From positions 53,955 through 117,954 of IMG/VR virus record IMGVR_UViG_3300021437_000001: a DNA stretch of 64,000 nt. One strand, 5' to 3'. This DNA is from a virus. Of the stretch, positions 38,621 to 47,364 are shown piece after piece; positions within the stretch are counted from its first letter, which is position 1; every line of letters starts with the position of its first letter. The notes below the pieces were generated by a model. The model saw nothing but the letters and a program-made list of their open reading frames with translations, did no database searches and was not told where the DNA came from. A program made the position numbers and the translations under genes.

Positions 38621-39427
38621 CGTAAACACCTGAATTCACTTAAGTCTCAATCTGAGAAAGCGTCGATCTTTTAGTCAATCCAGCCCCTAAACCCTAAACC
38701 CCAGCAAAACCCACTACTTAAGGCCTGTCAATCTTATATACAAGAGTGACAGTTTTTGTCAAGTATCTCATATTGGTACACTGCCACGTTTTCACCTATA
38801 TATAGAAAAACAACATAATCCCATAGTGAGACATATACACTTATTAAGGTCTATCTAGTCAAGGTCAAGTCTAGACCTAGGTCAACGGATAGCGTGACGA
38901 TAGGTCAAGGCCTTGAGATAGTATTGCGGCAAGGTCAACGGATAGCAAGACAGAAAGGATTGAAATCTCAATATGAGACATGAATGGGTGTGAGTGTGTT
39001 GGAATGAGACAATCAGCGGATAGCAAGACAGACGACCGTTGTCAAGCGTCAAAAAACTATCTAGTCGAGCGCAAAGCGTTTCAATTTGAGAATCTATGCG
39101 AAAATAAAAAAGAAAAAAGAAAGCGTCTCAAAATGAGACTCTGACGATAATGTATATTATCATCACGTTTCAAAATGAGAATCCTCAATGAATACGGGGG
39201 GATAGCTGCGTTGCAGTGCCGAGGCCCTATGCTTGTGCCTAGTAGTCTCTCACAATTTTTTTAGCATTATATTAGTTGACGCACTGCGTTAAGCCTACAG
39301 TTTGCCAGACAGTTGATTTCCAGAAACGAAAATCCTGATTGAAAATTTTATTTTTTGAGTGTGTAATAAGTTCTTGATTAGATTGCTAGTTTTTGTATTT
39401 TTTACACTTATAAATGACGCATTGCAT

Positions 39428-39685
39428 CTAAAAGTTAGTTTTGCTTCTACCTGTCCGGTTCAGTGTCGTTTCCAGACAGCTTAGGGTCATCCCAGGGAAA
39501 CTTACAGGACTTCTTGTGCATGTCGGACGTATTGTTTGACGCACTGCATCTGAGGCTTTCTCGACGGTTTCACGAACCATATAATGAGCTACGATGATAC
39601 TCAATCCTCCGACAACAATTGTCAAGCCGACTCCCCATGCAACGGCACATGCGATAGAATCAGCCACACTGTGAAATTTTTTCAT
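39428..39685 (-). CDS. Membrane protein
   Basis: One TM helix; coupled. Confidence 0.5.
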   Translation of the reverse strand: MKKFHSVADSIACAVAWGVGLTIVVGGLSIIVAHYMVRETVEKASDAVRQTIRPTCTRSPVSFPGMTLSCLETTLNRTGRSKTNF

Positions 39686-40212
39686 TTCCTACCGCCTAGG
39701 CAGATCTTGTCTCTAGTCATCGTCAAAGTCAGAAATTCTCCGGTACTTGGTCGAAAAATCATAAGTCGTACAATAGTCCCAGGTTCTCCCCTAATTTCGG
39801 GTCCGGTCTGAGAATCTACAGATTTTATGACATCTCCAATGCGCAACCCAGCTTTATCCGCTGGATAGCCTTTTGCAACTTCGTCTACTGTATCAGTCAG
39901 GAAATCTTGTTGTATCCCAACCCCACCGTACCAACGGTCATCTTGGCATTCTGTCAACCCTTCGACTTTTTCTTTTTTAAGCTTTTCGATTGTCGCCTCA
40001 TCTTCTTGAGGTTCTGGAGGTTCAACCATTTCCACTTCTATGACTTTTGGCAGAATATCTTGAAAAGTCTCTTTAGACCCAGCCCTCTGCCCTATACCTT
40101 CTCCAGACTTACCTTGTTTTTCTTCAGATGGAATATAAAGCACAACGGCTAGCAAGACAGCTAGGTGTAAAAGTAAACTTGTCACAAAAGGTAAGTATTT
40201 TTTGTAATTCAT
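39682..40212 (-). CDS. Membrane-anchored PDZ-domain protein
   Basis: TM (SLLLH), YGGVGI, GYPADKAGLRIGDVI, IRGEPGT.V.L.I.R. Confidence 0.8.
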   Translation of the reverse strand: MNYKKYLPFVTSLLLHLAVLLAVVLYIPSEEKQGKSGEGIGQRAGSKETFQDILPKVIEVEMVEPPEPQEDEATIEKLKKEKVEGLTECQDDRWYGGVGIQQDFLTDTVDEVAKGYPADKAGLRIGDVIKSVDSQTGPEIRGEPGTIVRLMIFRPSTGEFLTLTMTRDKICLGGRK

Positions 40213-40388
40213 TAATCCTCAACTAAAATACAATTGCAGGGCTTTTGCACAGGCTTCGGCCTGACTCTCAGTCAAAAACCTATCGTAGATTTCTTCACCA
40301 AGCAGTACAAACCAAGCACCTTGCTTCTGGACAGTGGATTTTCGTAACTGTTCGAAACTTAGAGCTTTTTGGTGAACAACTCTAATCA

Positions 40389-40631
40389 TTAAACCGCCCC
40401 GCTATCTCTGTCATCATCCCAGAAAGGTTTTACTTTCTCATTTTTAAACCCTTTACCAGGATTTACAACTTCCACTAATTCTACCCGTACCTTAACGACT
40501 CCGCAACTCTCAACGCAACGACGTTCACGTCGCAAGTCTTCGACACTGCAATAGACTTCAGTTCCGCCAAGAGCTTCTCCAATTTCCCAATCCCAATCGG
40601 TCTGGCACATATAGCCGTATTTGTCGCTCAT
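40389..40631 (-). CDS. Hypothetical protein
   Basis: ORF in the small-gene cluster. Confidence 0.55.
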   Translation of the reverse strand: MSDKYGYMCQTDWDWEIGEALGGTEVYCSVEDLRRERRCVESCGVVKVRVELVEVVNPGKGFKNEKVKPFWDDDRDSGAV

Positions 40632-40834
40632 TCAAACAAATCCTTTTTGTAATTTTTACTCGCATCTTTACCAAGATCAACTTTCAGTAGTCCTGGAGTA
40701 GTATCCTTCTCTTTGCACTCCCACGAACAAAAGTGCACAACACTCCCCTTCTTCGTGTGCCGCTCATACGGCGCACACTCAGTCGAGATTAGTTTCCGAC
40801 AAATGTCACAAATCGTACCGCCCAGCTTTTTCAC
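40628..40834 (-). CDS. TRASH/MYM-like zinc-binding protein
   Basis: CDIC...HFCSWEC. Confidence 0.5.
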   Translation of the reverse strand: MKKLGGTICDICRKLISTECAPYERHTKKGSVVHFCSWECKEKDTTPGLLKVDLGKDASKNYKKDLFE

Positions 40835-40987
40835 AACTCATACCCCGTGAAAACTTGACAATTACATTTGTACACCACTAAATAATGGTCTAAAACATAA
40901 TCTACAATACGAATTTCAATAATTTGGGCATTGTAGTTTCCCAGTACAGATACGACACCTGATAGGTTTGATTGATAAAACGTAAAA

Positions 40988-41296
40988 CTATAAGTTGTCA
41001 TTACATTCTCCCTTCATAATTTTGCCTGCTGATTCGAGTGCTGATTCTAATATGCCAGAAACAGTAACCGCACATAGCTCATCCTCAACTCTAATTGCTT
41101 CCTTGATTCCATCCCGCAGCACTTCATTCGCAGCTCGAAGTTTCTCGATTATATCCAGCATATTAATGCTAGTAGTTATTGGTGATTCGGCTTTTAGTTC
41201 AGCTATCTCAGCCTCAAGTTGCTCGATTCTTTTTTGCCCAAGTTTTAACTCGTCTTCGTGAATATACGTTCCTAGTTTATAGTCAGCTTTATTCAT
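40988..41296 (-). CDS. Coiled-coil hypothetical protein
   Basis: RIEQLEAEIAELK. Confidence 0.5.
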   Translation of the reverse strand: MNKADYKLGTYIHEDELKLGQKRIEQLEAEIAELKAESPITTSINMLDIIEKLRAANEVLRDGIKEAIRVEDELCAVTVSGILESALESAGKIMKGECNDNL

Positions 41297-41625
41297 TCCG
41301 CACCAACCTTCTTTCTTCACAAGACATATAGTCTCCGACTGTACATGAATTTCCCCATTCTATTAGTTTCACGCTGCCATTAACTTTTTTTGCTTTTTTC
41401 TTGGCCCAAAATAATGACTTATAATACGCCAGATTGATAATGTTTGATTTTTTGGTGGTCCACTCAACTACGAACTTCACTCCGCCCTCCATTTACCTTT
41501 AGGGCAACTCGCCCATTTAACTCTCACCTTCACTTCTATGAAACATTTACACGCACCACAGCGTATTCCTACCTTCGCAGGGCATTTCCCACATATCTCT
41601 AAACGTTTCATTACATAATCTTTCA

Positions 41626-42321
41626 CTACTGTGATTCCTTCTTTAGTTCCTGTTCACTATATAATAGTTGATTCAATCTGTCAACTTCTTTTCTGAGTCT
41701 CTCTATTTCGGTTTCATAGTAAAGAGTGTGATCTACCCGTTTTACAATAAATGTCGCAGTCATGTTACTGCCACCTTGCCAGGCTGTCTTCGAGGCTTGG
41801 CCGAGAGACAGGTCTCGGTAATCGGGGAAGATGAGGTGCCATTCATCGGGTGCTAGGTTCGGGTCAGCCGTTATTTCAAATGCTTTTTTGTAATCGGCGA
41901 TTTGCTGTGGACTCATGAACATTTCGGGTTGGGACATTGGTTTAATGGGTTGACCGCCGATAGTAACGACGGCGTCAGAACTCTTTAATACTTTCGGTTC
42001 TACCTCTGGTAGTGGAAGATGGCCGAATGAGTCTTGTGCTCGCTTCTGGACAGAAATCTGTTCAGTCGCCTTGCGCTCATAGCTCTCTACCACAGGGCAT
42101 GTAATTTTTACCTCATCTGCAATATGTTGCATCTGGGAAAAATCGGGCGACCCCTTCGGGGTAAGAATAAGTTCAAATCTAGAAGAAGCATACGTCGCAC
42201 ATTGACCTTCATCATCGACAACCGTGAACCACTTCGCATCTTTATCAGGTTCGCCGACAATCGTATAGATTCGATCTTTAGTTAGGTTGCCGATGGGAGA
42301 AATGCACTTAGCCTGTTTCAT
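41626..42321 (-). CDS. Hypothetical protein
   Basis: N-terminal KCI...LT...IY...V.DDEG...Y...RF small beta domain. Confidence 0.55.
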   Translation of the reverse strand: MKQAKCISPIGNLTKDRIYTIVGEPDKDAKWFTVVDDEGQCATYASSRFELILTPKGSPDFSQMQHIADEVKITCPVVESYERKATEQISVQKRAQDSFGHLPLPEVEPKVLKSSDAVVTIGGQPIKPMSQPEMFMSPQQIADYKKAFEITADPNLAPDEWHLIFPDYRDLSLGQASKTAWQGGSNMTATFIVKRVDHTLYYETEIERLRKEVDRLNQLLYSEQELKKESQ

Positions 42322-42587
42322 AGATGCTCCCTTTCATTCAAAAGAATATCTAACTGATGTTTTCCTTGAATAACAAAATTTATCTCGTAATAAGAATGTT
42401 CTTTTATGAAAACTTTTTGATGAAGTTCTGGATATTCCGAAAATTCCCAAGAATCAATTTCGGGTATCATCTTTCTCAAGGCCTCTAAAGCCGCTTCCTT
42501 AGATGAAAAATAGCCGTGAAATTTTTCTTCTGCTTTGCTTTTGTATCTGGTTGGAACTCTCGTTTGTTTTAAAGTCCACAGTCTCAT
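42318..42587 (-). CDS. Hypothetical protein
   Basis: Coupled ORF. Confidence 0.5.
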   Translation of the reverse strand: MRLWTLKQTRVPTRYKSKAEEKFHGYFSSKEAALEALRKMIPEIDSWEFSEYPELHQKVFIKEHSYYEINFVIQGKHQLDILLNEREHL

Positions 42588-42811
42588 ACCAGCACTACAT
42601 CTTTCACTTCAGGATAGTGCTCAATCAGGAAAGGTCTGATACCTTCACTGAAAGTTCGGGCTTTACCTGGACAGCCTTGACATTGGCCATTCATTGAAAC
42701 TTTTACAATACCATCTTCAAAACTCTGAAACGTACAACAGCCGCCATGACCTTCTAGGCTGGGGTTAATCACTTCTTCAATTACTGTCTTGATTTCGTCG
42801 GCTTTACTCAT
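42584..42811 (-). CDS. NifU/Nfu-type Fe-S cluster carrier domain
   Basis: INPSLEGHGG...GIVKV.M.GQCQGCP...T...GI...L....PEV. Confidence 0.88.
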   Translation of the reverse strand: MSKADEIKTVIEEVINPSLEGHGGCCTFQSFEDGIVKVSMNGQCQGCPGKARTFSEGIRPFLIEHYPEVKDVVLV

Positions 42812-43116
42812 TTCAGCCTCACACGATATTCAGCACAAACAGTCTCTTTAAATAATTTGTCAGTGCAGGGCGGAGAATTATCTTGATAAGCAGGATTCAA
42901 TGGACTGATTGGACTCAGCGGATTTGCAGGATTCATAAACCAATCATCTGCTTGAGCTTTTGGTATAAGCAACTCCCACAAACTTACGCACCGTTTGACC
43001 AAGACTTCTTTTGTTTGCACGCATGAAATATCATATTTCCTGGTATCAAAACTTTTGTCATAATTAGTACATCCTGTTGCAAGAAGTAGCAAAATGCTAC
43101 AAATTACCTTTTTCAT
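42808..43116 (-). CDS. Lipoprotein
   Basis: Lipobox ATGC; NPANPLSPISPLNP segment. Confidence 0.6.
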   Translation of the reverse strand: MKKVICSILLLLATGCTNYDKSFDTRKYDISCVQTKEVLVKRCVSLWELLIPKAQADDWFMNPANPLSPISPLNPAYQDNSPPCTDKLFKETVCAEYRVRLK

Positions 43117-43331
43117 TGAAAACTCCTAATCGCCATAACACCATCTTGAGTTACTTTCGTATCTTCATCAATTAGCCCTAATGAGTACAACTTGTACCAC
43201 GCCATGCCAAAACAAAAAAATGCCTCTGGTGGGGCACTTGCAGATTGAATTAAAAGATCAATATCAGATGTTCTTAAATCTTCTAATTTGTACTCTTTCT
43301 TCTTTTTCTTTTTTAAGACGGTCTTAGTCAT
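43113..43331 (-). CDS. Small winged-helix-like protein
   Basis: L...GLI....VT..G pattern; sigma-70-like promoter at about 43338-43366. Confidence 0.45.
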   Translation of the reverse strand: MTKTVLKKKKKKEYKLEDLRTSDIDLLIQSASAPPEAFFCFGMAWYKLYSLGLIDEDTKVTQDGVMAIRSFQ

Positions 43332-43369
43332 ATACCTACCTTATAATAGTTGATAAAAAATGTCAATTA

Positions 43370-43702
43370 TCATTGTTCTAATAAATAATAAGAATTTTCA
43401 GTTTCGATTTTAAAACCGTTCGATACCTTCTTACAACTTATAACCGGACTAGTTTTAAACCAATCTCGAAGACCAGTTACAAAAATTGCAGCAAAGTCTT
43501 CATTTCCAATCAAGCAAACAGCACCTTTGCAAACAGTGTACATATCTGGATAACCTCTAGGCGAAGGATTCTTAGATCCAAGTTTCTTTAGAGTGTAATA
43601 GCCAGAATAGTCAATTTCTTGTAGACCGACCTTAGCAGCATTCGCTTTAATTGCTTTAGCTAGTTCTGGACGTTCTTGTTCGATCATTTCATGAATTTTC
43701 AT
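43370..43702 (-). CDS. Hypothetical protein
   Basis: F.TSPV....ETENS.Y.L; SD AGGAGG. Confidence 0.55.
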   Translation of the reverse strand: MKIHEMIEQERPELAKAIKANAAKVGLQEIDYSGYYTLKKLGSKNPSPRGYPDMYTVCKGAVCLIGNEDFAAIFVTGLRDWFKTSPVISCKKVSNGFKIETENSYYLLEQ

Positions 43703-44408
43703 CGGAGTCCTCCTGTTCAAGTTTGATCTTAGTGAGCATTTGCGCATCTGTCAATTCTTTTCTGCAAAACTCTAAAAGTTCTCGTTCTGAGACAGGTTTC
43801 CAATCCCACACGTCAACTCCGAGGTTAATCTGTGGAATAAAGCGTTTTTGCTCTTCACTCCAAAACATTCTAGATTTCCAAGCATTATGGACGTGCCCAT
43901 GCAATAGCACCTGACAAAGCTCCGAAGGTTTAGGTCGTAGTTGTTGGTATCTAGGCGTGTATTCAAAATTTCCATGATCTTCTTGAAAAGGAAAATGGCA
44001 AATTTGTGCTGCTACTTTATTCTCATCCATAATGTCGATTGCTGGTTTTTCTTCAGCTTCAGAAAGAATCAATGAGTAATACTCAGGACAGATAACAAAT
44101 CCCATATCTTCATAGCGTTTATAGGAATTGGCTTTCTTTTCAGCTTTATTTTTGTGCATGACGCTGTGACATTTGTCATGATTACCAGGAATCAAGAACC
44201 ATCTTCCGTTGAGATACTTACGCATCTCGGCACCCTGATAACTTAGACTAAAGTCACCAAAACAAAAAACTTCGTCTTCAGGTTTGACTAAAGCATTGAA
44301 GTTGTCAACAATGCCTTTATTCATCTCCTCTACGCTACTCCAAGGTCTGCCTGAGTATTGAATTATGTTTCTGTGCCAGAAGTGGATGTCACTTGTAAAC
44401 CATCGCAT
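43689..44408 (-). CDS. Calcineurin-like phosphoesterase
   Basis: TSDIHF.H, GDFS, GNHD, CHFP, LHGHVH, NLGVD.W. Confidence 0.9.
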   Translation of the reverse strand: MRWFTSDIHFWHRNIIQYSGRPWSSVEEMNKGIVDNFNALVKPEDEVFCFGDFSLSYQGAEMRKYLNGRWFLIPGNHDKCHSVMHKNKAEKKANSYKRYEDMGFVICPEYYSLILSEAEEKPAIDIMDENKVAAQICHFPFQEDHGNFEYTPRYQQLRPKPSELCQVLLHGHVHNAWKSRMFWSEEQKRFIPQINLGVDVWDWKPVSERELLEFCRKELTDAQMLTKIKLEQEDSDENS

Positions 44409-44767
44409 AAATGTTTCCTTTTATAAGATTTTCTAATTCGAGCAGATTCTTTACCGTGATCAGAATGTGACATAATAGTCAAATTGCCCTTTGTATTATT
44501 AAGAGTGTCATGGTCTTCGTGATTCACATCTAATTGAGGATCAGTTACACCTTTGACCAAACGGTGTAAATAAATCGTTCTGCCACCTGGAGCCCTTGCA
44601 ACAACTCGCTCATATACATAAGAAGAATAGCTGCCATCTTTCTTTAGGACAAATTTTTTATGAAGAAGCCAGTTGAAGCCACGAACTTTATCAAAGTCTT
44701 CGGCATCAATAGTTGCATATTTGCCTTTTCCATATTTACCGCCAAGTGGTATTTGCATGGTTCTCAT
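44363..44767 (-). CDS. HNH endonuclease (HNH_3-like)
   Basis: ATIDAEDF, YLHRLV, VNHEDHDTLNNTKGNL. Confidence 0.75.
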   Translation of the reverse strand: MRTMQIPLGGKYGKGKYATIDAEDFDKVRGFNWLLHKKFVLKKDGSYSSYVYERVVARAPGGRTIYLHRLVKGVTDPQLDVNHEDHDTLNNTKGNLTIMSHSDHGKESARIRKSYKRKHLCDGLQVTSTSGTET

Positions 44768-44769
44768 AA

Positions 44770-45684
44770 TTACCCCTCAATCTCAAAAGATTCAATTTCT
44801 TCATATTCTTCTGGTTCGCACTCTTCAGCCAGCAAACCTTTAACTTTTCGCAAACGTTCAACAACTCGCTTGAAAGGTTCGCCAATTAAATAGCAAGACT
44901 GAATAACCTCTTTCAAATCGTCAATCGAGAAGTTTCGAGTATTCTTTGCCCACATATCCAAATCAGCAAAATCTTTCCCAAGTTTGCTAATTAGATAATG
45001 ACGACGAGCTTTGATAGAAGGTAGCAAAACCTCTACAGTTTGACTAAAACGTCCAGGACGTAAAAAGCGTGCTGGAATTTTATGCAGATAGTTTGTAGTT
45101 CCTAATACGATTGTGTTTGGTCTTTGCATTTGACCATCTAGAAATACCAGCAATTGATGCTCAGAACGCTCAATCATTTCATCAACTTCTTCTAAAATCA
45201 AAACCAACAGCGTGTCTGGGTTAGTATCTTTAAACCAGTTCAAAATAACTTCCAACAACAAAACACCATCTACATTTCCTGTAGCAGTTTTGCGATCCAC
45301 AAATAAACACACTGCGTTTTGGTTCTTAACAGCAGAAGAAGCCAAACGGTTAACCAAGATAGTTTTTCCTGCTCCTGGCACTCCGTGCATCAAAAGATTA
45401 CGTTTATAAAGAAATCCCATCTTTTCGTAACCAGTTCGTACTTCTGGCAATAGAAAACGCCCCATAGTTCTAAGCACTTCTTGATACTCTTCACTAGGTA
45501 GATCTAGAATCTGATCGTGAATCAGTTCAGTCTCATATAAATATGCACGTTTCATATTGTGGTCAAAGTCTAACCTGTAAACTCCAGCCTCAATCTTTTC
45601 CTGACGGTTTGTCGCTTTGTGCAATACAAAGTATTTATCGTTTTCTCTTGAATAGCCATCGTAGCTTAGTTCTCTTGTTTTCAT
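44770..45684 (-). CDS. AAA+ ATPase
   Basis: HGVPGAGKT, LEEVD, FLDG, TTNY, RPGRF. Confidence 0.88.
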   Translation of the reverse strand: MKTRELSYDGYSRENDKYFVLHKATNRQEKIEAGVYRLDFDHNMKRAYLYETELIHDQILDLPSEEYQEVLRTMGRFLLPEVRTGYEKMGFLYKRNLLMHGVPGAGKTILVNRLASSAVKNQNAVCLFVDRKTATGNVDGVLLLEVILNWFKDTNPDTLLVLILEEVDEMIERSEHQLLVFLDGQMQRPNTIVLGTTNYLHKIPARFLRPGRFSQTVEVLLPSIKARRHYLISKLGKDFADLDMWAKNTRNFSIDDLKEVIQSCYLIGEPFKRVVERLRKVKGLLAEECEPEEYEEIESFEIEG

Positions 45685-45775
45685 TTTTTTCCTTTCAATG
45701 TCGTGTCGCTATATACTCATATTTCAATACTTGATTTAAAAAGTCAATATTTATTTACTATCAGTCGATTTTAAT

Positions 45776-46648
45776 TTAATAACGTTTCACAATGGGACGA
45801 GCGAGTTCCGCAAGTTCTGGATTTCCATCTGGTGCTCGGTGATACCAAGCGAGGGCACCCATAATATTGTCAGTCTCACCTAGAACAGTGTTTCCATACG
45901 TCTTACCTCGTAGAGTTTTGTAAATTTTACGAGCTAACCATGAAAGCGGAGTTTGGTAAACGTGTTGAGATACCATAAGAACGTTGTTCATATTGTCATC
46001 GTCAACATCATCCAGACCAGGCATACGAAACTGTAAAGTGCCATCTTTGTTGATAGGCGCACCTACTTTAAATAGTGCTGATAAAACTAAGAAGACGTCG
46101 CCTAAAATTATGAACGGAATGGCTATTGGAAAATACCAAGTATTGACAAAACCTCTAGCAAAAACTCCCCACAAATCAAAATTCAAAAAGTCTGGAGTTT
46201 TAGGTTTAACCGTCTCTTTTCGTGGATCAACCCAGTTAGGGTAAATGTTTTGTGCAAACATATAACGCTTAAGGCATTCTTTTAGAAGCGTCAAAAGCTT
46301 ACTTCTATACTCTTTGCCAATGTCTCCAGATCGAGATGCTAAAAAAGCTAAATAACAAATCACAGGCGTTAATTGATCACGAGAGCAATTTCTGGGATCT
46401 GACCCCCAAAACTCTGGATCACAGTGGCGTCTATAAATGCCAGGAGAAGCTTGCAGCAAAGTTTCCACTTCTTGCATAGAAGCTAATTGTGAAAACACTG
46501 GATTCTTTACTATATCTGGGATTGGTTGTTTGTCCTCAATGACAATTTTAAAATTCAAAAGCATCCTTAGACCCATAGTAAACATTCGATGACAAGTATC
46601 TCCGCCATCACCACCAGATCTAATTAATTTAAAATTATCTATATTCAT
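45776..46648 (-). CDS. Hypothetical protein (290 aa)
   Basis: Long coupled ORF; DGGD, RRH, SRDQ motifs; function not recognised. Confidence 0.6.
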   Translation of the reverse strand: MNIDNFKLIRSGGDGGDTCHRMFTMGLRMLLNFKIVIEDKQPIPDIVKNPVFSQLASMQEVETLLQASPGIYRRHCDPEFWGSDPRNCSRDQLTPVICYLAFLASRSGDIGKEYRSKLLTLLKECLKRYMFAQNIYPNWVDPRKETVKPKTPDFLNFDLWGVFARGFVNTWYFPIAIPFIILGDVFLVLSALFKVGAPINKDGTLQFRMPGLDDVDDDNMNNVLMVSQHVYQTPLSWLARKIYKTLRGKTYGNTVLGETDNIMGALAWYHRAPDGNPELAELARPIVKRY

Positions 46649-47010
46649 ACCGGAAACCCTGCCTTTCGTAATTCTGCTCTTTCATATTGCTGAATTGCAG
46701 CCATATAATAATGTTCCCAGTCTGTGTATTTGACTAAATCATGTCGCAATAACAAACGAAACATTGGTTCTGCTTGCTCGAATGCAAATCTATTTGGATC
46801 GCTTACGTTTGGCCAATTTAGACTTTTTAGATGCGCTAACATTATTTCTTTTATTTTCGCTTTGGTCTTTTGATCCATCTTGCACCTTTACCATTTCTGT
46901 AGCTAGAATGACATTTATAACTTGTTCAGTTGTGACGTCTGCCAGTTCTGCAATCTTATTTAATTTCTCTAAGGTCACAAGATTTAGAAAAATTTCTATT
47001 TCTACTTTTT

Positions 47011-47364
47011 TCATTTAACCTCTGTAGGATCGTATCCATAATCGACTAAAATTTCTGAGCCAGCTTTTATTTTCTTAATCGCTGTAACTTTTACAACAGG
47101 CAATCCTCGTCGATCAACCATAGTATCAAAATCTGCGTTTGGTCTAGTATCGGAATGATTCATTAAGGAAGCTAGTCCCAAAGCTATGCCACTTTGAAAA
47201 TCTTGATCAGGAAAAGAAAAATCATACCTTCGCAAAGTTAGACTTCCATTTCTATCTGCCTCAGTTATCAGTAACAGATGATTTGTAATAAACGTGACAC
47301 CCTTTTCAATATCTTTAGTAGTATACACGCCTCTGCCGTATTTATTTTTCTTTACTTGTAACAT
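47011..47364 (-). CDS. SET-domain protein (lysine methyltransferase-like)
   Basis: GRGVYT..DI.KG, LMNHS...PN, A.K.IK.G.EILVDYG. Confidence 0.85.
   Translation of the reverse strand: MLQVKKNKYGRGVYTTKDIEKGVTFITNHLLLITEADRNGSLTLRRYDFSFPDQDFQSGIALGLASLMNHSDTRPNADFDTMVDRRGLPVVKVTAIKKIKAGSEILVDYGYDPTEVK

Larger units (their letters stand above)
33660..39181. repeat. Dispersed high-density 15-bp palindrome GTCTCA-NNN-TGAGAC
   Basis: Perfect copies at 34299, 35919, 38188 and 39125. Dozens of 1-3-mismatch copies, e.g. 34721, 34927, 35185, 35586, 35674, 35840, 36580, 36706, 36748, 37060, 37328, 37387, 37995, 38321, 38644, 38965. Confidence 0.92.

Noticed and set aside
34130-38625. Plus-strand ORFs in the leading region (34130, 35748, 36122, 36441, 38259, 38389)
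   Set aside because: Antisense to minus-strand genes that have promoters and SDs; no SD or recognisable motif of their own.
38684-38702. CCCTAAA-CCCTAAA resembling a plant telomere repeat
   Set aside because: Only two units in a phage context; chance or part of the terminal region.
33660-39181. CRISPR array, MITE/REP repeats or tandem duplication as the source of the palindromes
   Set aside because: Copies are degenerate, irregularly spaced, only 15 bp long and embedded in intact ORFs. There is no repeat-spacer periodicity or shared flanking sequence.
33660-39181. Interpreting GTCTC/GAGAC as type IIS restriction sites or DarT (TNTC) targets
   Set aside because: Leading regions are expected to avoid such sites. 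The fixed 3-bp palindromic spacing with tolerated half-site mismatches fits a dimeric binding protein better.
33660-39181. Canonical parS, matS or Fis sites
   Set aside because: parS has a 2-bp centre, matS is a 13-bp GTGAC-N3-GTCAC, and the Fis consensus differs at positions 5 and 11. The similarity is only partial.
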